A DNA stretch of 64,000 bases from assembly GCA_965223325.1 (NCBI GenBank), contig CBDCWI010000001.1:576001-640000 (forward strand). Direction: 5' to 3'. The number at the start of each line of letters is the position of its first letter. The stretch's first letter is position 1. This document shows, piece by piece, positions 8,538 through 19,800 of this stretch. The DNA is from Candidatus Multivoradales bacterium (lineage in GTDB: Bacteria; Acidobacteriota; Thermoanaerobaculia; Multivoradales; Multivoraceae). Position numbers and translations under genes: made by a program. A model generated the notes under the pieces. That model ran no database searches. It saw only the letters and a list, made by a program, of their open reading frames with translations, and was not told where the DNA came from.

Positions 8538-11186
8538 CTAAACCAGCGAATACTCTTCCTTCCTCGAACTCAGCCTGAGAAGAGCGGCCTTGGCTGCCCG
8601 CTCGATATGGTCCGCTGACACCTCGAAATGGTCGCGGATTTCAGGACGCGCCTCGGAAAGGCCGAAGCCGTCGGTCCCGAGCGTCACCATCGGGCCTGGC
8701 ACCCAGCGCGCTACCGCATCGGGCAGCAACCGCTGGTAGTCCGACACGGCCACGAAGGCCGGCCCCGCTCCCTCGAGGACGCGAGTCACCAGCGGCTTCT
8801 GCGGCCGACGCTCGGGGTGCAATCGATTCTCGCGCTCGACGACCGCCGCCTCACGTTGCAACGCCACCCACGAAGGCACGCTCCAGACGTCGGCGGCAAT
8901 GCCCTGCTCCGCGAGCGACGCGGCGGCGGCGATCGCCTGAAAGAGAATCGCTCCGCTTCCCAGAAGTGAAACTCGCGGCGCCTTCTTCGGCAAGTCGGGC
9001 GCCGCCTGGAAACGATAGATACCGCGCACGACACCGTCTTCGACGCTTTCGAGTGCCCTCGAACCTGGATTGTCCGGCGTCGCCGGCATGACGTGGTTCT
9101 CGTTGGTGATCGTCAGGTAATAGAACACGTCCTCTTGTCGGTCGAGCATGCGCTCGAGGCCATGGCGCACGATGATCGCCAACTCGTATGCGAACGCCGG
9201 GTCGTAACTCTCGAGCGTTGGAACGGTTGCCGCCACCAGATGGGAGTGCCCGTCCTGGTGCTGCACGCCTTCTCCGTTCAGCGTCGTGCGACCCGACGTT
9301 CCGCCGAGCAGGAAGCCGCGCACCATCTGGTCGGCGGCCGCCCAGATCTGGTCGCCAACCCGCTGGAAGCCAAACATCGAGTAGAAGACGTAGAAGGGAA
9401 TGGTTGGAATGCCGTGGTTCGCGTAGGCCGTACCAGCTGCCACAAACGACGCCATCGCGCCGGCCTCGCAGATTCCCTCCTGCAGAATCTGGCCGTCGGC
9501 ACTCTCCCGATACGGGATGATCGAGTCAGCATCAACCGGCCGGTACAGCTGACCGTGCGGCGAGTAGATTCCGGCCTGACGAAACAGACCGTCCATACCG
9601 AACGTTCGCGCCTCGTCCGGAACGATCGGCACCACATAGCGCCCGAGGACTGGGTCACGCATGAGTTTGGCAAGCATGCGCACCATCGCCATGGTGGTCG
9701 AGATCTTGCGCTTGCCGGACCCCTGGAGCAGGTCGGCGAACGCCGCCAGAGCCGGAACCTCGACCCGCGGACACTGCGCATCGCGAGCCGGCAGAAACCC
9801 ACCGAGCGCCCTACGACGTTCGCGCATGAACGTGACCTCTGGACTGTCCTCGGGCGGAATGTAGAGCTCCGCCTCCTCGATCTGCTTCTCGGACAGGGAG
9901 ATTCCAAACCTACGCGCGGCCTCGGCGCGCTCTTCGCTGTTCATGTTCTTCTTCTGGTGGGCCTGGTTGCTACCCTCAGCGCCCATGCCGAGACCGTAAC
10001 CCTTGATCGTCTTGGCGAGAATCACCGTTGGCCGCCCGTTGTTCGAATCAACCGCGCGACGGTAGGCGGCGTGGATCTTCTGACGGTCGTGGCCACCGCG
10101 CTTGATCGAACGAATGCTCTCATCGGAGAGCGTCTTCATGATCTCCGCTAGTTTCGGATCGTCACGCACCCAATGGGCGCGCACCTCATCGCCGCGAAGT
10201 TGCGAGTACATCTGGTAGTCGCCGTCGACTGCCTCCTCCATCCGCGCTTGCAGCACACCTTCGCGATCACGTGCAAAGAGTGCGTCCCATTCGGATCCCC
10301 AGATCACCTTGATGACGTTCCATCCGGCGCCGCGAAACCACCGCTCGTGCTCCTGGATGACCTTCGAGTTGCCGCGTACCGGCCCGTCGAGCCGCTGCAA
10401 GTTGCAGTTGACGACCAGAATCAAGTTGTCGAGCTTCTCACGCGCCGCAATCGCTGCAGTGCCGAGGACTTCGGGCTCGTCTGCCTCCCCATCTCCAATG
10501 AAGCACCAGACCTTGCCGCTCGACTCTGGCTTGAGACCACGGTTCTCGAGGTAGCGCGCAAACCGTGCGAGGTAGATCGCCGTCACCGTCGACAGCCCCA
10601 TCGACGCCGAGGGCACCTGCCAAAACTCCGGTAGGCGACGCGGATGCGGGTACGACGGCAGCCCGCCCCCCTCTGCCAACTCGCGCCTGAAGTTCAGCAC
10701 CCGCTCCTTGGACAACCGACCTTCGAGCAGCGCCCGGGCGTAGACTCCCGGCGAAGCGTGCGCCTGGAAGAGCACCAGATCGCCGCCCGGATCTCGGGTC
10801 GGCGCGTGAAAGAAGTGGTTGAACCCGACTTCGAACAACGTTGCGGTGGACGCATAGGTCGCAATATGGCCGCCGACGCCCGAGCCGTTGTCGTTGGCGC
10901 GCAACACCATCGCCAGGGCGTTCCAGCGCACCAGGTTCTCGACCCGGCGCTCCATCTCGATGTCGCCAGGGTAGGGCGGCTGCTCCTCGACCGAGATGGT
11001 GTTGCGGTATGGGGTGTTGCGAGTCGACGACGGAAGCGGCACGCCGCTTCTCGAGGCACGCGCATCGAGCTCCTCGAGCAGCTCCCGCGCCCGCCCCGCA
11101 CCATGGCGATCCACCACCGCCTCGAGCGCTTCGAGCCATTCGTCGCGCTCCTCACGCCAGTCGTCTGCCTGCGCTTCCCGGTTCAC
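8538..11186 (-). CDS. aceE: Pyruvate dehydrogenase E1 component (homodimeric type)
   Basis: 'TPYRNTI', 'GGHIATYAS', TPP motif 'GDGEADEPE', 'NCNLQRLDGPVRGN', 'PDEARTFGM' and 'NGEGVQHQDGHS'. GTG at 11186 with AGGGAG RBS. Confidence 0.95.
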   Translation of the reverse strand: MNREAQADDWREERDEWLEALEAVVDRHGAGRARELLEELDARASRSGVPLPSSTRNTPYRNTISVEEQPPYPGDIEMERRVENLVRWNALAMVLRANDNGSGVGGHIATYASTATLFEVGFNHFFHAPTRDPGGDLVLFQAHASPGVYARALLEGRLSKERVLNFRRELAEGGGLPSYPHPRRLPEFWQVPSASMGLSTVTAIYLARFARYLENRGLKPESSGKVWCFIGDGEADEPEVLGTAAIAAREKLDNLILVVNCNLQRLDGPVRGNSKVIQEHERWFRGAGWNVIKVIWGSEWDALFARDREGVLQARMEEAVDGDYQMYSQLRGDEVRAHWVRDDPKLAEIMKTLSDESIRSIKRGGHDRQKIHAAYRRAVDSNNGRPTVILAKTIKGYGLGMGAEGSNQAHQKKNMNSEERAEAARRFGISLSEKQIEEAELYIPPEDSPEVTFMRERRRALGGFLPARDAQCPRVEVPALAAFADLLQGSGKRKISTTMAMVRMLAKLMRDPVLGRYVVPIVPDEARTFGMDGLFRQAGIYSPHGQLYRPVDADSIIPYRESADGQILQEGICEAGAMASFVAAGTAYANHGIPTIPFYVFYSMFGFQRVGDQIWAAADQMVRGFLLGGTSGRTTLNGEGVQHQDGHSHLVAATVPTLESYDPAFAYELAIIVRHGLERMLDRQEDVFYYLTITNENHVMPATPDNPGSRALESVEDGVVRGIYRFQAAPDLPKKAPRVSLLGSGAILFQAIAAAASLAEQGIAADVWSVPSWVALQREAAVVERENRLHPERRPQKPLVTRVLEGAGPAFVAVSDYQRLLPDAVARWVPGPMVTLGTDGFGLSEARPEIRDHFEVSADHIERAAKAALLRLSSRKEEYSLV

Positions 11187-11219
11187 AACAACTCCCTGAC
11201 TCGGACCGGACAACGCCGG

Positions 11220-12773
11220 TCACTCAGGCGCCGGCCCCGGAAACTGCTCACGTAGGATGCGTTTGAGAATCTTGCCCGATGGATTGCGCGGAATCTCGTC
11301 GACGAAGTACACATTGCGCGGCAGTTTGAAACGCGCCAGCTTGTCGTTACAGAACTCGCGGACCTCGTCTTCGTCGAGGCTTGGATCAGCCTTGACGACA
11401 ATCGCCGCACAGGACTCTCCCCACTTATCGCTCGGCTGGCCGATCACCCCAGCCTCGGCGATCTTCGGGTGGCCCATCAGCACGTTTTCGACCTCGGCGG
11501 GATAGACGTTCTCGCCACCCGAAATCACCATGTCCTTGATGCGGTCTTGAATGTAGACGAAGCCCTCTTCATCCATCACCGCGATGTCACCCGACATGAA
11601 CCAGTCACCCTTCATGCACTCAGCGGTCGCTTCGGGGCGGTTCCAGTACTCGCGCATGATGTGCTTGCCGCGGATCGCAACCTCGCCAGCCTCCCCAGGC
11701 GCTCTGTCGTTGCCGTCCTCGTCGACAATGCGCACATCGGTGTGGAAAAACGCCTTGCCCGTCGATCCGGCGCAGCGCACGGCGTCGGCCGAGCCAATCA
11801 CGCACGCCGGACCGCAGGTCTCGGTCAAACCGTAGACCTGCTGGATCTCGATGCCCATGTCGGCATAGGCCTCGATCAGCGGGACAGGGACCGGAGCGGC
11901 CCCGCTCATCAGCCAGCGCACCTGCTCGTGCTTGCACTCAGCCGGGTCGTAGACCTGCTTCATGAAGTTCAACATCGCGGGCACCTTGAGGCCGGTGGTG
12001 ATCTGCTCGTCGGCGATCAGCTTCCAGGCACGTTGCGGGTCGAAGGTCCGCATGACGACCGAAGTGACCCCGGCATGAATGTTCGAGGTGATCGGAGTCA
12101 GAGCGCCAACATGAAAGAGCGGCAGCGCAACCAGGTAGCGGTCGCCGATGCGTGCGTCGACGGTCGCATTGATAGTGAGCACGCCCCAGGTCGCCGTTTC
12201 GTGCGTATGCACCGCGCCTTTGGGCAACCCCGTCGTGCCGGAGGTGTACATGATGTAGAGCACGTCGTCGTCACCAGCCTCGACTGCCGGCTCCTCGTCC
12301 GATCCCGACTGCGACAGCTCGGCGTAAGACAATGCGAACCCCGGCCGTGCGCTATCCGGCCCGATATGAATCCAGTGCTCGATCGCAGTGCCCTCTTCGC
12401 CACCGCCGCGCTGCTCGAGCGCCTCGGCGCTGGCCAGGAACTCATCGCCGAAGACCAGCGCTCTCGCCCCCGCGTCGCGCAAGATGAACGCCAACTCTTC
12501 GGGAGTCAGGCGCCAGTTCAAGGGCACGAAGACTGCGCCCAGTTTGGCGATGGCTAGAAACGTCTCGACGTACTCGATCGAGTTCATCTGCAGAACGGCG
12601 ACTCGGTCACCCTTGCCAACCCCGAGGCCAGCGAACGCATGCACCATGCGGTTGGTGCGTTGATTCCACTCACTGAACGTAAAGCGCCGATCGGTATCAG
12701 CGTCAACGAAGCCATCCAGATCCGGCGAAAGACTCGCTCGCTTGGTGAGAAACAGTCCGATGTTGTTCTTCAT
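11220..12773 (-). CDS. Long-chain fatty-acid--CoA ligase (AMP-binding)
   Basis: 'YTSGTTGLPKG', 'YGLTET', 'SGD', 'DRIKDMVISGGENVYPAEVE' and 'PSGKI'. Confidence 0.95.
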   Translation of the reverse strand: MKNNIGLFLTKRASLSPDLDGFVDADTDRRFTFSEWNQRTNRMVHAFAGLGVGKGDRVAVLQMNSIEYVETFLAIAKLGAVFVPLNWRLTPEELAFILRDAGARALVFGDEFLASAEALEQRGGGEEGTAIEHWIHIGPDSARPGFALSYAELSQSGSDEEPAVEAGDDDVLYIMYTSGTTGLPKGAVHTHETATWGVLTINATVDARIGDRYLVALPLFHVGALTPITSNIHAGVTSVVMRTFDPQRAWKLIADEQITTGLKVPAMLNFMKQVYDPAECKHEQVRWLMSGAAPVPVPLIEAYADMGIEIQQVYGLTETCGPACVIGSADAVRCAGSTGKAFFHTDVRIVDEDGNDRAPGEAGEVAIRGKHIMREYWNRPEATAECMKGDWFMSGDIAVMDEEGFVYIQDRIKDMVISGGENVYPAEVENVLMGHPKIAEAGVIGQPSDKWGESCAAIVVKADPSLDEDEVREFCNDKLARFKLPRNVYFVDEIPRNPSGKILKRILREQFPGPAPE

Positions 12774-12906
12774 GGTCCGCCGATCATAGCGAGGTGCCAG
12801 GCCGTCACCATCAGGGGACGACTTGTCGTGGCGATGGGCCGAGAATCGGCGGGCCAACCGCCCGAAACTCCACCCAGGGGCCAGTGGGACGGGATCTGTT
12901 GCCACC

Positions 12907-12922
12907 TGGCACGAGCTTTGAT
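12907..12922 (+). promoter_or_regulatory. Possible sigma-54-like promoter (imperfect -12)
   Basis: TGGCACG-AGCT-TTGAT versus consensus TGGCACG-N4-TTGC. The conserved GC is GA here. Confidence 0.3.
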
Positions 12923-12970
12923 GAAGCACCCCTCTGGAGGGATCACCCGACGACCCACGAGGAGGTCATC

Positions 12971-13609
12971 ATGCACCCGAAGCCACCGAACGAGAACCAG
13001 CACCGAAGCACGAGATCTGGGCAAGCCCGGCGCTCGAGCACTCCGGCAAGCCGTCCCTACCGTTCACGATCAGAGCGCCCGCGGCGCTCGGCGCTAGTCG
13101 TTGGACTGGCCGTTCTGATGGTCGCGCCCCTGGTTGTGGGCGGTAGCCCCGCCGCCGCCGCCGATTGGTTCTGGGGCAGCAGCTTCCGGATTGGCGGGCT
13201 CACCTTCACCATCGGGCATCGGCCGCACCTCCACGGGCACGGTCACTTCTACCGCACCGGCTATGCGGTGCCGTCGAGGCAGCGGTGCACAGATCGCTGC
13301 TTCGTCCAGCGCCGTGCCCACTACCACCACGAGTCCTGCCCGGTGGTGCGCGGATGGTTCCATCGGCACGGGTATTCGAGCTACGACGTGTTCAACCGCT
13401 ACCGCCCCTACTCCAGCACGCGCTACGACCGCCACGACCGCTACGACCGATACAACAACTACGACGGTTACGGCAGATGGAGCGACTACGACTGGCGCGA
13501 CCGACGACAGCGCGACCGCTACGATCGGCACCATCGTCGGCCGCGACGCGAGTGGTACCGCGCCCATCGTCACTACCATGTCGACGGCCGCTGCCCCATC
13601 CGCTACTGA
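12971..13609 (+). CDS. Secreted His/Arg/Tyr-rich hypothetical protein
   Basis: GGAGG RBS, hydrophobic signal ending AAAA, Cys/His cluster and RYD repeats. Confidence 0.7.
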   Translation: MHPKPPNENQHRSTRSGQARRSSTPASRPYRSRSERPRRSALVVGLAVLMVAPLVVGGSPAAAADWFWGSSFRIGGLTFTIGHRPHLHGHGHFYRTGYAVPSRQRCTDRCFVQRRAHYHHESCPVVRGWFHRHGYSSYDVFNRYRPYSSTRYDRHDRYDRYNNYDGYGRWSDYDWRDRRQRDRYDRHHRRPRREWYRAHRHYHVDGRCPIRY

Positions 13610-13649
13610 GAGTCCCGGCAGAAACCGCACGGCAACAACAAACCATCAC

Positions 13650-13684
13650 GAGACCCCGCATCCGCACGTCGGCTGCGGGCTCTT
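13650..13684 (+). terminator. Possible hairpin terminator
   Basis: CCCGCA.CCG / CGG.TGCGGG stem about 40 nt after the stop, with a weak U tract. Confidence 0.35.
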
Positions 13685-13846
13685 GAACGCTTACCGAACC
13701 CCTACAAACGACCTCCGGTGGAACCGATAAGCTCGTCGCTCGTTCTCGACAAGGGGCTAGGCAGTGCGGAGCTGGTGTCGGCCTTTCGCGCGCTCTGAGA
13801 GCCCTCAAGTCACCCAGCTCGACTAGAACCCAGGACTTCGATCGCC

Positions 13847-16840
13847 TTGAGCCGCCCCGTTTCTGCCGCCCCGCCCTTTCACTGGCCGAACGTCGTGCTG
13901 GCCGGCATCGCTGCGCTCCTTCTCAGCCAGCCCGCGGCCAGCCAGGCACGAGAGACCATTCGCGTGACCGCAGAAGGACCAGCACCGGCCACTGCGCTCT
14001 CGGCGACCGCCGCCGGACAGAACCTGCGGATCGTCGGTGCCGAGGCGATCGACCCGAGGACCCAGCCCTGGGAGATCGTCCTCTACCTCGACACTGCGGT
14101 TTCGAGTCGCGCCGCTGTTCAACGAGTAGCCGACCAGCTGATCGAGCGGGTCACCGCCCTCACCGCTCTCGGTGAAGTCGAGATCGTCGTCGCCGATTCC
14201 CTCCCCCGCACCATCCAGCCACCGACCCGTGACCCGGAGTTTCTCCTGCCGGCCCTCGAGAGACTGTCGGTTCGTGCCGAAGCTGAGGACGCAGTGCGTT
14301 CCCGCCGTCAGTCTTTCTGGTTGCGACTCGAAGAGCGTCGCCGTAGCGCTCGTCGTGGTACCGGCGCCGCAAAAGAGAACCTGCCGATGGCGCTCGCTCG
14401 TTCGGCGCTTTCTGAGGAAGTCACGATGCGGCGGCTACAACACGACGCCCTCTTGAGCTGGCTCGGCGACCGAGGCCCGGCCGGTGAACGGCCCCGCCTC
14501 CTGCTCCTGCTGTCAGAGCCCATCGGCCAGGACCCGATCGCGTTTCTGAACCACCACCTCAACGACGACGGCGACGCCAGTCAACTCGCGCCCCTCACCA
14601 GGGCACTACCGGACCCCGAAGACTTCGGGCGGGCGCTCGCCGCCTACGGATGGGTGACCGTTCCCCTCGGCCTCGGCGGTGAGAGCGACGCCAAGAACGC
14701 TCTCCAGTACAAGCCCTCCGCGCAGCTGCCGGTGGGGTTCTCGATTCGCTTGGGGCGGACTCCGGAACCCGCCGAGCCGCAGCTCGACCTGATGATGGAC
14801 GAGCCGCAGCACGGCGCACTCGAGACGGTAGCGGCGCTGACCGGTGGACGAGTGATCTCCGATCCCGAATCGTTTGGTGAGACTCTCGCTCGCGCCACCC
14901 GTCGGGTCGCGATCGATCTCGAGGTTCCACCGACAGCGCCGGAGGCGGGAATCGGCGAGACCGCTCTCGCGGTGACCTCAGAGAACGGCGCCCTCAGAGC
15001 GCCCGCCGTCACCACCTTCGGGCAGACACCGGAGAGCGTGGCGGTTGCGCGCCTGCGCCTTGCCCTCTACGGGCAGGACGGAGACGGTGAGCTCGAGATC
15101 GACTCGGTGGTCGAGCTCGACCCCGAGAAGGTAGCGGAAATTCCGTCACGATTGGTCGCCGAAACGCGGCTCGGGCGGGGAACTCCGGGTGCGCGACCGC
15201 TGCGCATCAGCGTCGCGGTATCGACCGCCGACGATCGTTTCATCACCCGCCACTCGCTCTTGTCCTCAGAGCAGCTCGCCAGCCCGGCACCCGGGATCGC
15301 ACGCTTCGAGGAAGCGCTTCAGCTGCCCGGCGACACCGAAGCCACGTTGGTTCTCGTCGAGGCACTCGACACCGGTGAGTGGGGCCTGGCCTGGGCAGAC
15401 ATCGTCGAGGCGCGCCCGCAAGCAGCCGGACCGCTCGCCGATCGCTCCGTGGGACGTGACGCGCAACAGGCGGGCGATCGTGCCATCCGCCTGGAACCCG
15501 AGACCCCCTCGCCGCGCGTTGGCCGCATCGTCTTCACCGCCGACACTCGACAGGACGTCGCGCGTGTGCAGTTTCTCGTCGACCGAGAGGCGGTTGCAGA
15601 ACGCAACCGTCCTCCGTTTCGTGCCCGCATCAATCTCGGCAACAGCGGTCGACCGATGGAGGTCACGGCGATCGCCTTCGACGCCGATGGCTTCGAGCTC
15701 GACCGCGACACCCTGCGCATCAACGAGCCGGCCGACGCGTTCTGGGTCCGCGTCACCGAACCGCGCCCCGGCCGGCGGGTTGGGCGCGTCCCGGTGGCAG
15801 TTGACGTCAAGGCTCCAGACGACGGAGAGGTGGCGCGGGTCGACTTCTACTGGAACGCCGATCGCCAGGCCAGTGCCGAAGCGGCTCCCTGGCGCGGCCA
15901 GATCTTCGTGCCTGTCAACCAGCCAGACGGCTACGTGCGCGCCGTGGCCACCTTGACCGACGGGCGCACCGCCGAGGACGTGGTGCTGATGAACCGGCCC
16001 GGCTTCGGAACGCAGATCGGCGTGCAGCTCGTCGAGCTCTACGTGGTCGCCACCGACAAGTCCGGAGTACCCGTCACCGGGCTCGAGCGCGAAGACTTCG
16101 AGGTTCGTGAAGACGGTGAACCACAGGAGATCGAGACCTTCGCCGCCGCCGGCGACCTGCCGCTCACCATCGGTCTCGCCATCGATACCTCCTCGAGCCT
16201 GTTTCTGCGCATGCCGGCGGTGCAACGTGCCTCACGCGATTTCACCCGCAGCCTGATCTCGAATCGCGATCGGGCGTTTCTGGTCGAGTTCGGCCAGGAG
16301 CCCCGCCTGGTCCAGCGCACGACGACCAACCTCAACGCCATCGTCGACGGCATCTCTTCTTTCGAACCGCAAGGAACAACGCCTGTGTGGGAAGCCGTCG
16401 CCCTGTCGCTCGAAGAGTTGGCCCCGGTGCGCGGGCGGCGGGCCTTGGTGGTCTTCTACGACGGCGACGACGAGGATCTCGACTTCTCGTATCGGCGGGC
16501 GCTTTCGCTGGCCCGGAAGACCGAGGTCCCGATCTACCTGATGGTGATGAACGACGCCGCCGCCCGCTCTGAAGGGCGCTCCTTCAAGGCGCGCTCTTTC
16601 GTGTCGCGGCTCGAACGGATGGCGAGCGCCGGTGGCGGCAGGGTCTACTACCTGTCGACGGAAGAAGACCTCGATCGTGTCTTCAGGGCGATCGGCGACG
16701 AGCTGCGCTCGCACTACCTGTTGACGTACTACCCCCAGAGTGCCGCCGGCGGACCGCAATGGCGCGAGGTCGAAGTCGACATCCAACGACGAGGAATCGA
16801 CGCCCGCACCATCGAAGGCTATGGCACACCGCAGCCCTAG
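13847..16840 (+). CDS. Secreted VWA-domain protein with Ig-like domains (acidobacterial VWFA-related)
   Basis: Signal peptide. 'V.LYVVATDKSG.PV.GL...DFEV.EDG..QEI..F', MIDAS 'IDTSSS', 'DGDD' and 'ELRSHYLL.Y.P'. Confidence 0.85.
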   Translation: MSRPVSAAPPFHWPNVVLAGIAALLLSQPAASQARETIRVTAEGPAPATALSATAAGQNLRIVGAEAIDPRTQPWEIVLYLDTAVSSRAAVQRVADQLIERVTALTALGEVEIVVADSLPRTIQPPTRDPEFLLPALERLSVRAEAEDAVRSRRQSFWLRLEERRRSARRGTGAAKENLPMALARSALSEEVTMRRLQHDALLSWLGDRGPAGERPRLLLLLSEPIGQDPIAFLNHHLNDDGDASQLAPLTRALPDPEDFGRALAAYGWVTVPLGLGGESDAKNALQYKPSAQLPVGFSIRLGRTPEPAEPQLDLMMDEPQHGALETVAALTGGRVISDPESFGETLARATRRVAIDLEVPPTAPEAGIGETALAVTSENGALRAPAVTTFGQTPESVAVARLRLALYGQDGDGELEIDSVVELDPEKVAEIPSRLVAETRLGRGTPGARPLRISVAVSTADDRFITRHSLLSSEQLASPAPGIARFEEALQLPGDTEATLVLVEALDTGEWGLAWADIVEARPQAAGPLADRSVGRDAQQAGDRAIRLEPETPSPRVGRIVFTADTRQDVARVQFLVDREAVAERNRPPFRARINLGNSGRPMEVTAIAFDADGFELDRDTLRINEPADAFWVRVTEPRPGRRVGRVPVAVDVKAPDDGEVARVDFYWNADRQASAEAAPWRGQIFVPVNQPDGYVRAVATLTDGRTAEDVVLMNRPGFGTQIGVQLVELYVVATDKSGVPVTGLEREDFEVREDGEPQEIETFAAAGDLPLTIGLAIDTSSSLFLRMPAVQRASRDFTRSLISNRDRAFLVEFGQEPRLVQRTTTNLNAIVDGISSFEPQGTTPVWEAVALSLEELAPVRGRRALVVFYDGDDEDLDFSYRRALSLARKTEVPIYLMVMNDAAARSEGRSFKARSFVSRLERMASAGGGRVYYLSTEEDLDRVFRAIGDELRSHYLLTYYPQSAAGGPQWREVEVDIQRRGIDARTIEGYGTPQP

Positions 16841-16859
16841 CACCGGCCGGCCTCCACCA

Positions 16860-19800
16860 ATGATCCAGCAACCCAACAACGTCCCGACGTCGGCGGCCTA
16901 CACCTCCGCGCGCCACCGTCGACGGCCCCGGTCGGCGTTGGTTCGGGTCGCGAAGACCACCCTCATCGTGTTCTGGACCCTCGCGCTGGCGCTTCACCAG
17001 GGGGTTGGCGCCCAGAGTGGAGTTCGCCAGACCACCACCTTCGAGGTGCAAAGCGGCGAGCCCCCCGAACCCCAGAGCCTACGCGTTCTCGTCCAGGGTC
17101 AGGCGAACCCGGTCGTCGACATCCAGCCCCTGGCGCAGAGCGAGGTTGTGATCTGGGTCGATCTCCCGCTTTCGACCCCAGAGGGCCTCGGTGCCTCGCT
17201 CAGCGCCCTTGCCGAGCGCGCCGACCAGTTGCTGGCGCTCGGTCCGCTGCACATCGTAGTCGCCGATCGCACCGTCGAAACTGTGCTCGAGCCAGGGGGT
17301 AACGCGCGCGACGTCGCCTTCTTCCTCCGCCGTATCGCCCAGCAACGAGCAAGAGACGCCGGCACCCTCCTCGAACGACGGCACGAGCTGCTACAGACCC
17401 TCGAGCGCGAGACCTGGCAGGTCGATGCGTTGACTCTCCTGGCGGAAGAAAACGAGATCCTCACCTGGCAACAGGATCTTCTGCGGGCCGCGTTCGCGGA
17501 CCGGAGCCCTGGGCGCCGCGGCGTTCTCTTCATGCTACGCGACGGCTACGACACCGACCCCCTCGATCTCCTGCGCGAGCTCAAAGAGCCCGACCCGCGC
17601 TTCGAGCGGCGCGCCGACTTCGGAGCCGCAAGCGGCCACCGCGATCTGGCGCGCACCCTCTCCGTTCAGGGATGGGTGACCGTTCCGCTACGACTGGGCG
17701 AGGTCTCGGGCAACGAGGGCGAGAAGGATCCTCTGCCCGGCAGCCAGGCGACCCTCGAAGACTTCTCGCGCGCCGGGGGCAGCCGAGTGGTCACCAACGC
17801 CGCGGAGCTCGACCAGGAACTGGAAACCCTCAGTCGCGCCTACCGCGTGACCTGGCAAAGCGCCCAGACGATCGCCGAGCCCACGCCGATCGATCTGCAG
17901 GCGACCCAGCCTTCGGGTGCCCTTGCCGACCTGCGATGGCGCCGCTGGACGACTTCGGTCGCACCGGCAGGCATCGCGCGCCACCGCGCTCAACAGATCA
18001 TCGACGGCTTCGTCGCCTCGTCAGGAGGCACCCTGGCCGATCAGCGTGGCGACCTCGACATCGAAGGGGTGTTGCTGCTCGGCGCCCTTGGCGAGGAGGC
18101 AACCCTCGACGCAGCCCTCGACCTGGCTTCGGTTCCGGGTCTCTCCGCCGGCGCCGGCATGCTGGTCGACGCCACGCGCTTCCGTCTCACTCTCCTGACC
18201 CGCGGGTTCGATACTGGCGCCAAGAGTCACCAGACGCGCGGCGAGGGTGGCATCCGCGCGACAACCGGCCGCTGGTTTCACCAGACACGCTTTCCGGTGC
18301 CCGCCGATCTCGACCGCGCGGCATTGGTCGTCGAGGACCTGGTCACCGGTGCGTGGGGCGCGGTCCCGGTCGAAGTCTCGACCCGGCCACTCGCGCGGTC
18401 GGGCGGCGTGCAGCGGCCACCGCCTCCTGCCGGTCAGCCGTCTGACCGGTTGGCGGTGAACAACCGATCCGGCTCGGGCGACCCGGGCGGGCCGGGTGCC
18501 TCACCAGACCCGAGCGCCAAACCGGCAGCAGGTACGACGCGACCTCTCGGCCCAGCAGGCCTGATCGAGCTGGTACCTCCGCGCGGCGATCAACTGCGGG
18601 GCAAGGTGCGGTTCAAAGTGCTCTTGGCAACCGCCGGAGTGGCAGCGGTGCGCTTCGAGCTCGATGGTCGCGAGGTCGCAATCGACGAGCGCTCGCCGTT
18701 CGGCGCCGAGATCGACCTCGGCCCAAGCGTCGCTCCACACGTCGTGCGAGCAGTTGCCATGAGCGGCGGCGGGCTCGAAATGGCGAGCGACTCCTACGAG
18801 CTCAACCGGCCACGGCAACGGACGGGGGTACGCATCACCCGCCTGGAGCAACAGCCCGACGGCTCGATCGATACCTCAGCCGAGCTCACCCTCGAGGAAG
18901 GCACCCGGCTCGACCGCGTCGAGTTCTACCGCAATCAACAACTCGTTCTGACACTGACCCAACCGCCGTTTCGCGCCCGCCTGCCCGCCACCGGTGCGAT
19001 CGGCAGCGACTTCGTCCGCGTTGCCGCCTGGCTCGACGACGGTGCGATGCTCGAAGACGCCCGCCTGGTCGGCGAAGACGTAGCCAGCGAGCGCATCGAC
19101 GTCAACCTCGTGCAGGTGTTCGTGGTCGCTACCGACCGCGAAGGCAACCCGATCGACGGCCTCGATGCTTCAGACTTCGAGCTCAAGCGGGGTCGCGCAA
19201 CGCAGGAAATCGAGCGCTTCTCGGTGGCCGATGAAGTGCCACTGGTTCTGGGTCTGGTGGTCGACACATCGGGCAGCATGATGCCCATCATGTCGGACAC
19301 CCAGCGTGCTGCGGCGCGCTTCATCTCGGAGACCCTGACCGACATCGATAAGGGCTTCCTGGTTGATTTCGACGATCGCGCACGCCTGGCTCATCCAGTC
19401 ACCGGCCGGTTGATCGACCTCGTCCAGGCTCTTGGCGGCCTCGAGCCCGACGGCAACACCGCGCTCTATGACGCGATCGTCTTTTCGCTCCTACAGTTCG
19501 AGGACGCGCCCGGACGGCGAGCGCTCGTTCTCTTGTCAGACGGCGACGACTACCGTAGCCGCTTCGGTTGGAAGCGCACCTGGCAAAACGCCAAAGAGAG
19601 CACCGTCCCGATCTATGTCATCGGCCTCGGTGGCCTCGACCCCGAACGGGCCTCGTTTCGCAAAGACGATCTCGAGGTGATTGCCAAAGACTCCGGCGGT
19701 CGCGTGTTCTACGTCGAATCGATGGACGAGGTACGCGCCGCCTACGACATCATCGGCAAGGAGCTCCGCAGTCAGTACGTCCTCGGCTTCACCACCGACG

